Assembly (NCBI GenBank): GCA_965277405.1
Contig: OZ255726.1
Span: 1,248,001 to 1,312,000, forward strand
From: Gammaproteobacteria bacterium
GTDB taxonomy: Bacteria; Pseudomonadota; Gammaproteobacteria; G965277405
Length of the DNA stretch: 64,000 bases
Direction of reading: 5' to 3'
Shown here: positions 1 to 9,044 of the stretch, in pieces
How positions within the stretch are numbered: position 1 is the first letter of the stretch
How the letters are laid out: each line of letters starts with the position of its first letter
Notes under the pieces: generated by a model
What the model saw: the letters and a program-made list of their open reading frames with translations, nothing else
Databases searched by the model: none
Told to the model about the DNA's origin: nothing
Translations under genes and position numbers: made by a program

Positions 1-40
1 TAAAAGTTTTCGTCATATGCGTTTGAGTGGGTACAGTTAG

Positions 41-324
41 GGAAGCTCTGATTAAGTCCATGATGGGCGAGACGGAGAAAAAACGCTGATGATAACTAGA
101 CGCAGTGCGCAGATAATACTGGTGGTATTATTAAGTGCTGCAACGACGTTAGCGCAGCGTTTTTTCCCGTCCTTCTGTTGAATATACAACGGTTTGATGG
201 TAGCGGTACTTGCTGTGTTGCATCCCTTGGCGTATATGCTACAGCATGCGCCTGCGGAATGCGCCTTGCAATCATCAGCAATTGCCATCAAACTCGCTCC
301 ATCAGCGACTTAATCAGAGGTTCC
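41..324 (+). mobile_element. MITE (non-autonomous element with IS5-type TIRs), copy M1
   Basis: Begins GGAAGCTCTGATTAAG and ends CTTAATCAGAGGTTCC. Flanked by TTAG (37-40) and CTAA (325-328). Interior is homologous to 34597-34883 and 46851-47146 and has no transposase. Confidence 0.9.
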
Positions 325-328
325 CTAA

Positions 329-1556
329 GGAATCTCTGATTAAGTCCCAAACAACAGCAATATCAGCTACAAAGATATACAATGGTGAATCTATTTGAAT
401 ATTTGAATAAGCGGATAATCTTATGAAACAAACAACTTTTGCCAGTGCTGCATACGACCACAAGAAAGTAACAACAAAACGTGAAAAATTCTTGCAGTTA
501 ATGGACAAATTAGCTCCATGGCAACAGTTGTTAGAGTTAATAGAACCGCATTATCCCAAGAAAGGGAATGGCCGCCCACCGATTAATATGCAGACCATGT
601 TACGCATTTATTTTTTACAGCAATGGTACAACTTATCAGACCCAGGGGTAGAAGAAGCACTATATGACATGGAAAGCATGCGGCGTTTTGCCCATATAGA
701 GCTGATAGACGATGCCATCCCTGATGAAACCACCATCTTGAACTTCCGCAGGATCATAGAAAAACATCAACTCAGCGTCAAGATACTTGCTGTCGTGAAT
801 GAGTATTGTATGGAAAATAATATAATAATCTCACAAGGGACAATGGTTGATGCCACGACCATCAATGCGCCATCATCTACGAAGAATAAAGAGAAAAAAC
901 GGGATCCTGAAATGCATCAAACCCGCAAAGGCAATCAGTGGTATTTTGGCATGAAGATTCATATAGGAACTGACGCTAATAGTAATATGATTCATAGCGC
1001 GACAGTTACAGCCGCGAATGAAGCTGACATCAATGAACTCCCCAAATTGCTGCGTGAAACAGATAAGGTTATCTTTGCCGATGCAGGATATACGAGCGAC
1101 AGTTATAAACGCGGCTCGCGTCACCTTGGGATAGATTGGCGCGTGAATGATAAACGTAAACCAAAGCAGCAAATGAGCACCTCGCAGCGCAAACGCAATA
1201 GACAGAACTCTAAGGTGCGCGCCCGGATTGAGCACTGTTTTCGGGTAATCAAATGTCAGTTTGGTTATAAGAAAGCTCGCTACAAAGGACTAGAAAAGAA
1301 TCGAGTACAAGTATTTTCTTTGCTTGCATTGACGAACTTATACATGCTGCGAGGACGACTAACAGGATAGAACCGCCCAAAATTCAAGAAAAACAGTAAA
1401 AAACAATAAAAACAGTAAAAAACAGTAAAAAACAGTAAAACAGCAACACGAAGATCAGCGAAATGATCAAATATTGACCATTGAAAATTATTGCTATTAT
1501 TTTTTTGGAGTATATGCGAGTTATTGGAGTATATGAGCGTCTTAATCAGAGCTTCC
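329..1556 (+). mobile_element. IS5-family insertion sequence, copy A1 (intact)
   Basis: 16-bp TIRs GGAATCTCTGATTAAG / CTTAATCAGAGCTTCC, single transposase ORF, flanked by CTAA and TTAG. Confidence 0.95.
423..1370 (+). CDS. IS5-family transposase
   Basis: 315 aa with IS5 motifs [46 protein letters not shown] and RARIEH (DDE). Confidence 0.95.
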   Translation: MKQTTFASAAYDHKKVTTKREKFLQLMDKLAPWQQLLELIEPHYPKKGNGRPPINMQTMLRIYFLQQWYNLSDPGVEEALYDMESMRRFAHIELIDDAIPDETTILNFRRIIEKHQLSVKILAVVNEYCMENNIIISQGTMVDATTINAPSSTKNKEKKRDPEMHQTRKGNQWYFGMKIHIGTDANSNMIHSATVTAANEADINELPKLLRETDKVIFADAGYTSDSYKRGSRHLGIDWRVNDKRKPKQQMSTSQRKRNRQNSKVRARIEHCFRVIKCQFGYKKARYKGLEKNRVQVFSLLALTNLYMLRGRLTG

Positions 1557-1560
1557 TTAG

Positions 1561-2769
1561 GGAATCTCTGATTAAGTCCCAAACAACAGCAATATCAGCT
1601 ACAAAGATATACAATGGTGAATCTATTTGAATATTTGAATAAGCGGATAATCTTATGAAACAAACAACTTTTGCCAGTGCTGCATACGACCACAAGAAAG
1701 TAACAACAAAACGTGAAAAATTCTTGCAGTTAATGGACAAATTAGCTCCATGGCAACAGTTGTTAGAGTTAATAGAACCGCATTATCTCAAGAAAGGGAA
1801 TGGCCGCCCACCGATTAATATGCAGACCATGTTACGCGTTTATTTTTTACAGCAATGGTACAACTTATCAGACCCAGGGGTAGAAGAAGCACTATATGAC
1901 ATGGAAAGCATGCGGCGTTTTGCCCATATAGAGCTGATAGACGATGCCATCCCTGATGAAACCACCATCTTGAACTTCCGCAGGATCATAGAAAAACATC
2001 AACTCAGCGTCAAGATACTTGCTGTCGTGAATGAGTATTGTATGGAAAATAATATAATAATCTCACAAGGGACAATGGTTGATGCCACGACCATCAATGC
2101 GCCATCATCTACGAAGAATAAAGAGAAAAAACGGGATCCTGAAATGCATCAAACCCGCAAAGGCAATCAGTGGTATTTTGGCATGAAGATTCATATAGGA
2201 ACTGACGCTAATAGCAATATGATTCATAGCGCGACAGTTACAGCCGCGAATGAAGCTGACATCAATGAACTCCCAAAATTGCTGCGTAAAACAGACAAGG
2301 TTATCTTTGCCGATGCAGGATATACGAGCGACAGTTATAAACGCGGCTCGCGTCACCTTGGGATAGATTGGCGCGTGAATGATAAACGTAAACCAAAGCA
2401 GCAAATGAGCGGCTCGCAGCGCAAACGCAATAGACAGAACTCTAAGGTGCGCGCCCGGATTGAGCACTGTTTTCGGGTAATCAAATGTCAGTTTGGTTAT
2501 AAGAAAGCTCGCTACAAAGGACTAGAAAAGAATCGAGTACAAGTATTTTCTTTGCTTGCATTGACGAACTTATACATGCTGCGAGGACGACTAACAGGAT
2601 AGAACCGCCCAAAATTCAAGAAAAACAATAAAAAACAGTAAAAAACAGTAAAACAGCAACACGAAGATCAGCGAAATGATCAAATATTGACCATTGAAAA
2701 TTATTGCTATTATTTTTTTGGAGTATATGCGAGTTATTGGAGTATATGAGCGTCTTAATCAGAGCTTCC
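1561..2769 (+). mobile_element. IS5-family insertion sequence, copy A2 (intact)
   Basis: Near-identical to A1, separated from it by TTAG (1557-1560) and followed by TTAG (2770-2773). Confidence 0.95.
1655..2602 (+). CDS. IS5-family transposase
   Basis: 315 aa with only a few substitutions relative to 423-1370. Confidence 0.95.
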   Translation: MKQTTFASAAYDHKKVTTKREKFLQLMDKLAPWQQLLELIEPHYLKKGNGRPPINMQTMLRVYFLQQWYNLSDPGVEEALYDMESMRRFAHIELIDDAIPDETTILNFRRIIEKHQLSVKILAVVNEYCMENNIIISQGTMVDATTINAPSSTKNKEKKRDPEMHQTRKGNQWYFGMKIHIGTDANSNMIHSATVTAANEADINELPKLLRKTDKVIFADAGYTSDSYKRGSRHLGIDWRVNDKRKPKQQMSGSQRKRNRQNSKVRARIEHCFRVIKCQFGYKKARYKGLEKNRVQVFSLLALTNLYMLRGRLTG

Positions 2770-2788
2770 TTAGCATGTGTATTGCTGC

Positions 2789-2835
2789 AGAGTGTCTGAT
2801 AAACTCAATGCATCAAGGAGTTAATCAGAGCTTCC
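2789..2835. repeat. 47-bp mini-element derived from the MITE ends
   Basis: Ends in GTTAATCAGAGCTTCC (TIR). Its reverse complement aligns without gaps to 8211-8257. Confidence 0.65.
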
Positions 2836-3052
2836 TCAAGTATTGTATTGCTTTGTATGCAACCCCTACGTTGTTTGTATCAGTATTTGTGTTGCCTTTA
2901 CGCTACATCCTCATAAAAAATTAGCTACAACAAGCAGTTGACCAACAAAAATATTTTAGTAGAGCAATGAAACATAAACGGAACTGCACAGTACAATTAC
3001 TGTGGCTTTCCTGCATGCCTCATCACAACCTGCCATTCACAAGAGAGTATTT

Positions 3053-3394
3053 ATGTCGACAATATTTAGCAAGATTATTAACAAGGAAATACCTGCAGAC
3101 ATCGTCTATGAAGATGATAGTTGTTTGGCATTTGCAGATATAGCACCAGTTGCCCCAGTGCATATTTTAATTATTCCTAAACGCACGGACCTTCCAACAT
3201 TGAATGATCTACGCGAAACAGACGAGCAACTGCTTGGTCATATGGTTATTGTTGCTCAAAAAATTGCTGAGCAATTTAATATTGCCAACAGTGGCTGGCG
3301 ATTAGTGTGCAATGTTAATGGTGATGCAGGCCAAGTTGTGTATCACATTCATTTTCATGTTCTCGGGGGTAACAAGCTCAATAGTATTGGTTAG
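3053..3394 (+). CDS. hinT: HIT-family purine nucleoside phosphoramidase (HinT-like)
   Basis: TIFSKIINKEIPADIVYED and the HIHFHVLGG histidine triad. Start placed at ATG 3053 after AGAG. The TAG stop lies in the IS target tetramer TTAG. Confidence 0.88.
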   Translation: MSTIFSKIINKEIPADIVYEDDSCLAFADIAPVAPVHILIIPKRTDLPTLNDLRETDEQLLGHMVIVAQKIAEQFNIANSGWRLVCNVNGDAGQVVYHIHFHVLGGNKLNSIG

Positions 3395-4612
3395 GGAATC
3401 TCTGATTAAGACGCTCATATACTCCAATAACTCGCATATACTCCAAAAAAATAATAGCAATAATTTTCAATGGTCAATATTTGATCATTTCGCAGATCTT
3501 CTGTTGCTGTTTTACTGTTTTTTACTGTTTTTTATTGTTTTTCTTGAATTTTGGGCGGTTCTATCCTGTTAGTCGTCCTCGCAGCATGTATAAGTTCGTC
3601 AATGCCAGCAAAGAAAATACTTGTACTCGATTCTTTTCTAGTCCTTTGTAGCGAGCTTTCTTATAACCAAACTGACATTTGATTACCCGAAAACAGTGCT
3701 CAATCCGGGCGCGCACCTTAGAGTTCTGTCTATTGCGTTTGCGCTGCGAGCCGCTCATTTGCTGCTTTGGTTTACGTTTATCATTCACGCGCCAATCTAT
3801 CCCAAGGTGACGCGAGCCGCGTTTATAACTGTCGCTCGTATATCCTGCATCGGCAAAGATAACCTTATCTGTTTCACGCAGCAATTTGGGGAGTTCATTG
3901 ATGTCAGCTTCATTCGCGGCTGTGGTGGTAGGCATTGCCGCGCTATGCATCATATTGCTATTAGCGTCAGTTCCTATATGAATCTTCATGCCAAAATACC
4001 ACTGATTGCCTTTGCGGGTTTGATGCATTTCAGGATCCCGTTTTTTCTCTTTATTCTTCGTAGATGATGGCGCATTGATGGTCGTGGCATCAACCATTGT
4101 CCCTTGTGAGATTATTATATTATTTTCCATACAATACTCATTCACGACAGCAAGTATCTTGACGCTGAGTTGATGTTTTTCTATGATCCTGCGGAAGTTC
4201 AAGATGGTGGTTTCATCAGGGATGGCATCGTCTATCAGCTCTATATGGGCAAAACGCCGCATGCTTTCCATGTCATATAGTGCTTCTTCTACCCCTGGGT
4301 CTGATAAGTTGTACCATTGCTGTAAAAAATAAATGCGTAACATGGTCTGCATATTAATCGGTGGGCGGCCATTCCCTTTCTTGGGATAATGCGGTTCTAT
4401 TAACTCTAACAACTGTTGCCATGGAGCTAATTTGTCCATTAACTGCAAGAATTTTTTTTGGTTTCATTGTTACTTTCTTGTGGTCGTATGCAGCACTGGC
4501 AAAAGTTCTTTGTTTCATAAGATTATCCGCTTATTCAAATATTCAAATAGATTCACCATTGTATATCTTTCTAGCTGATATTGCTGTTGTTTGGGACTTA
4601 ATCAGAGTTTCC
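3395..4612 (-). mobile_element. IS5-family copy A3 (transposase with +1 frameshift in an A8 run near the 5' end)
   Basis: Both TIRs present. ATG at 4518; frame broken near 4452-4459; the remainder (3561-4448) is open. Confidence 0.9.
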
Positions 4613-4616
4613 CTAG

Positions 4617-5854
4617 GGAAGCTCTGATTAAGACGCTCATATACTCCAATAACTCGCATATACTCCAAAAAAATAATAGCAATAATTTTCAATGGTCAAT
4701 ATTTGACGATTTCGCTGATCTTCGTGTTGCTGTTTTACTGTTTTTTACTGTTTTTTACTGTTTTTATTGTTTTTTACTGTTTTTCTTGAATTTTGGGCGG
4801 TTCTATCCTGTTAGTCGTCCGCGCAGCATGTATAAGTTCGTCAATGCAAGCAAAGAAAATACTTGTACTCGATTCTTTTCTAGTCCTTTGTAGCGAGCTT
4901 TCTTATAACCAAACTGACATTTGATTACCCGAAAACAGTGCTCAATCCGGGCGCGCATTAGAGTTCTGTCTATTGCGTTTGCGCTGCGAGGTGCTCATTT
5001 GCTGCTTTGGTTTACGTTTATCATTCACGCGCCAATCTATCCCAAGGTGACGCGAGCCGCGTTTATAACTGTCGCTCGTATATCCTGCATCGGCAAAGAT
5101 AACCTTATCTGTTTCACGCAGCAATTTGGGGAGTTCATTGATGTCAGCTTCATTCGCGGCTGTCGTGGTAGGCATTGCCGCGCTATGAATCATATTGCTA
5201 TTAGCGTCAGTTCCTATATGAATCTTCATGCCAAAATACCACTGATTTCCTTTGCGGGTTTGATGCATTTCAGGATCACGGGCTTTCTCTTTATTCTTCG
5301 TAGATGATGGCGCATTGATGGTCGTGGCATCAACCATTGTCCCTTGTGAGATTATTATATTATTTTCCATACAATACTCATTCACCACAGCAAGTATCTT
5401 GACGCTGAGTTGATGTTTTTCTATGATCCTGCGGGCAAGTTCAAGATGGTGGTTTCATCAGGGATGGCATCGTCTATCAGCTCTATCTGGGCAAAACGCC
5501 GCATGCTTTCCATGTCATATAGTGCTTCTTCTACCCCTGGGTCTGATAAGTTGTACCATTGCTGTAAACAATAAACGCGTAACATGGTCTGCATATTAAT
5601 CGGTGGGCGGCCATTCCCTTTCTTGGGATAATGCGGTTCTATTAACTCTAACAACTGTTGCCATGGAGCTAATTTGTCCATTAACTGCAAGAATTTTTTT
5701 TGGTTTCATTGTTACTTTCTTGTGGTCGTATGCAGCACTGGCAAAAGTTGTTTGTTTCATAAGATTATCCGCTTATTCAAATATTCAAATAGATTCACCA
5801 TTGTATATCTTTGTAGCTGATATTGCTGTTGTTTGGGACTTAATCAGAGATTCC
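4617..5854 (-). mobile_element. IS5-family copy A4, frameshifted transposase pseudogene
   Basis: Both TIRs present; transposase split into fragments 5421-5690 and 4942-5388; separated from A3 by CTAG. Confidence 0.9.
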
Positions 5855-5858
5855 TTAG

Positions 5859-6752
5859 AGTTCTGTGTATTGCGTTGGCGCTGCGAGCCGCTCATTTGCT
5901 GCTTTTGGTTTACGTTTATCATTCACGCGCCAATCTATCCCAAGGTGACGCGAGCCGCGTTTATAACTGTCGCTCGTATATCCTGCATCGGCAAAGATAA
6001 CCTTATCTGTTTCACGCAGCAATTTGGGGAGTTCATTGATGTCCGCTGCATTCGCGGCTGTGGTGGTGGGCATTGCCGCGCTATGCATCATATTGCTATT
6101 AGCGTCAGTTCCTATATGAATCTTCATGCCAAAATACCACTGATTGCCTTTCCTTGTTTGATGCATTTCAGGATCCCGTTTTTTCTCTTTATTCTTCATA
6201 GATGATGGCGCATTGATGGTCGTGGCATCAACCATTGTCCCTTGTGAGATTATTATATTATTTTCCATACAATACTCATTCACCACAGCAAGTATCTTGA
6301 CGCTGAGTTGATGTTTTTCTATGATCCTGCGGGCCAGTTCAAGATGGTGGTTTCATCAGGGATGGCATCGTCTATCAGCTCTATCTGGGCAAAACGCCGC
6401 ATGCTTCCCATGTCTACAGTGCTTCTGCTACGCCTGGGTCTGATAAGTTGTACCATTGCTGTAAAAAATAAATGCGTAACATGGTCTGCATATTAATTGG
6501 TGGGCGGCCATTCCCTTTCTTGGGATAATGCGGTTCTATTAACTCTAACAACTGTTGCCATGGAGCTAATTTGTCCATTAACTGCAAGAATTTTTTTTGG
6601 TTTCATTGTTACTTTCTTGTGGAAAGTATGCAGCACTGGCAAAAGTTCTTTGTTTCATAAGATTATCCGCTTATTCAAATATTCAAATAGATTCACCATT
6701 GTATATCTTTGTAGCTGATATTGCTGTTGTTTGGGACTTAATCAGAGTTTCC
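5859..6752 (-). mobile_element. IS5-family copy A5, truncated and degenerate
   Basis: Left TIR at 6737-6752 followed by TTAA. The element is cut at its internal TTAG (5855-5858), where A4 abuts. Confidence 0.85.
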
Positions 6753-6756
6753 TTAA

Positions 6757-8051
6757 TAAGGTATAATGTTTCTTTTCCTGAGATAATTCGATGCGAGGAA
6801 CTGATTTCACCCAAGCTAGAATGTTCAGCACCCTGTCGCCTGCAAGCGCAGTACCCCAAAATCACCCAATTCTCCATATCAAGAAAATGGTCGATGTGGC
6901 GTTGTAGGAGATGAAGGGCCACTTCAATACTTTGTATGCCCCAAGCTGACGAGCAGGCATACCACCAGAGAAATTATTGCGTGCCCAGTTGTTGATGGCG
7001 CTTTTCACGATCCGCAGCGAACGTGCGTTGATGGAGCAAATTGGCTATAACCTGATGTTCCGTTGGTTTGTCGGTTTTTGTATGGATGATGGTATTTGGA
7101 ATCACTCAACCTTCACCAAAAACCGCGATCGTCTTCTTGCGGGAAATACTGCTGTTGAGTTTTTCATTCGCATCAAACAACAGGCTGAAACAGCAGGTCT
7201 TCTTGCAGACGAACATTTCAGTGTGGATGGAACATTGCTTCATGCGCTGGCATCAGTGAAAAGCTTCCACAAGCAAGACGACGATGACCACAATTATGGC
7301 AGCAGCAACAAACGGATTGATTTCAAAGGCAAGAAACGCCACCGCGCTACCCACCAATCTACCACAGATCCCGAAGCGCGCTTTGGCAAGAAAAGCCAAG
7401 CCCAAGCGGCAATACCGTGTTAGGTGGGCAATATTATGATTGAGAACCGCAATGGTTTGGTGGTAGACGCACATAGCAAACAGTTCAGCGGCACCGCTGC
7501 AACAGATGCTGCGATACCGATGCTGCGATAAAAATGCTTGCCAATATTCCAAGAAATCCCCAAGTGACATTGGCAGCGGACAAGAAATACGACACCAAAG
7601 GCCTTGTCAAGCAATGCCAAGCAATGCCGTGAATTGAGCGTAACGCCCCACGTTGCGCAAAACACAGCAAAACGAAGTTCATCAATAGATCAACGAACGA
7701 CGAGACACCCCGGGTATCAAACCAGCCAAAAAGTACGCAAACGCATAGAATAAGACTTTGGCTGGGCTAAGACTATTGGCGGACTTCACAAAGGAAAGTA
7801 TGTGGTAATAGCAAAGTGAACCATCAATTTGTATTCACCATGGCCGCGTATCACTTGGTACGCATGCGCAATCTTGGTGTTGTACCATGCTGATTTGCAA
7901 CGGCAACGGACAGCCCACGCCCAAAATTGGAAACGTGGTAGTTTCACACGGAATACCACCAAAATCCGCCCTAATAACAGCTGATGTGCGCTAAAAAATC
8001 AATTTTGGCAGTCTTGAGGCTTATATTATACGATAAATTTTCAACAGCCTG
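6757..8051 (+). mobile_element. Second, unrelated IS5-family-like element (left end lost)
   Basis: Ends TTTTCAACAGCCTG followed by TTAA and contains a degenerate transposase. Confidence 0.75.
6791..7893 (+). pseudogene. IS5-family (DUF772 plus DDE type) transposase pseudogene
   Basis: Fragments MRGTDFTQ, IPPEKLLRAQLL, IRSERALMEQIGYNLMFRWFVG, HFSVDGTLL, ADKKYDT and RKRIE*DFGWAKT, with stops and frameshifts. Confidence 0.85.
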
Positions 8052-8055
8052 TTAA

Positions 8056-8110
8056 GTCTCAGCAGCGTTTTTGCTCCGTCGCGCCCATTATGGACTTAAT
8101 CAAAGATTCC
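8056..8110 (-). mobile_element. MITE left-end remnant
   Basis: Reverse complement of the first ~55 bp of the MITE. TIR ends at 8110 followed by TTAG; broken at the MITE-internal TTAA. Confidence 0.8.
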
Positions 8111-8210
8111 TTAGCCATTGTATAGACAAGTAACCTGCGAGGTCTGTTGTCAACATATTTTGCAGCAACACAACACCATCAGCAGTCACCGTGACCAACT
8201 CCATTGCAAG

Positions 8211-8257
8211 GGAAGCTATGATTAAGTCGTTGATGAAGCGAGCTAATCAGAGCTTAC
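8211..8257. repeat. 47-bp mini-element derived from the MITE ends
   Basis: GGAAGCTATGATTAAG...CTAATCAGAGCTTAC: two degenerate TIRs with a 15-bp core. Confidence 0.7.
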
Positions 8258-8310
8258 TTTAGTATCAATTCACCTCCTAGTCTCAACTGGCTTGTGTATA
8301 GTTGGCTTAC

Positions 8311-9012
8311 TTACGCTTCAATCATGTAGCCAAGTTTACTTTTGGTTTTAATGTTCAAGTTCGAATTATGCGATTTTAGTAGGTTGCGAATTTTACGAAT
8401 ATGCACGTCGACTGTGCGGGGTTCTATAACTCTGTCGTTTTCCCAAACATTGTCAATTATCTCGTCACGGCTGAGATATTTTTTTTCATTTTGCAGCAAC
8501 AACACCAGCAGTTGAAATGTTCGATGCGGCAAGCTGGTTGCTGTTGTGCCAATGAGAATTTTTTTTTGTTTAACATCAACTTGTACATCGCCTGATTGCA
8601 GGGTATTGAGTGCTGCTGGCTGTTTACGGCGGATGACTGCACTGATGCGTGCAATCAAAGTGTTGATTGAAAACGGCTTAGTAATAAAGTCATCGGCGCC
8701 AAGGTTAAGCGCGCGAATTTGATCTGCCTCTGTTTGCCGTGCTGTAAGCATAACTACAGGAATTGTTGAAAACGCGGGGAGACTCTTGAGTTGTTCTAAC
8801 CAGCTGATACCGCTTGTTCTTGGTAACATCCAGTCGAGTAAAATAACGTGTATTTTATGGGTTTGCAGAATTTTATCAGCATCTTTGGTATTGCTCACAC
8901 TAATGGTTTGTAAGCCAGCACTGCCGAGAGCATCACACAGCAATTGAGCAATAGATTGCTCGTCTTCGACTATCAACACAGTTCCGCGCATCGTTACGAT
9001 TGTATGTGGCAT
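8311..9012 (-). CDS. phoB: PhoB-like OmpR-family response regulator
   Basis: VLIVEDE, LLDWMLP, GADDFITKPF and RTVDVHIRKIR motifs; lies downstream of phoU and pst genes. Confidence 0.8.
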   Translation of the reverse strand: MPHTIVTMRGTVLIVEDEQSIAQLLCDALGSAGLQTISVSNTKDADKILQTHKIHVILLDWMLPRTSGISWLEQLKSLPAFSTIPVVMLTARQTEADQIRALNLGADDFITKPFSINTLIARISAVIRRKQPAALNTLQSGDVQVDVKQKKILIGTTATSLPHRTFQLLVLLLQNEKKYLSRDEIIDNVWENDRVIEPRTVDVHIRKIRNLLKSHNSNLNIKTKSKLGYMIEA

Positions 9013-9044
9013 AAATTAGTGGCATAAATTAGTGGCATAAATTA
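9006..9044. repeat. 13-bp tandem repeat x3 (GTGGCATAAATTA)
   Basis: Three exact copies spanning the phoU stop and the phoB ATG. Confidence 0.95.

Noticed and set aside
873-6914. Repeated antisense and junction ORFs (MLNPGAHL, MGLNQ, MSINCK)
   Set aside because: They recur only because the IS is repeated and have no recognisable motifs.
41-8257. Recurring ~36-bp palindromic junctions as a CRISPR array or integron attC sites
   Set aside because: They are abutting IS/MITE TIRs separated by whole elements. There are no unique 30-40 bp spacers, cas genes or integrase.
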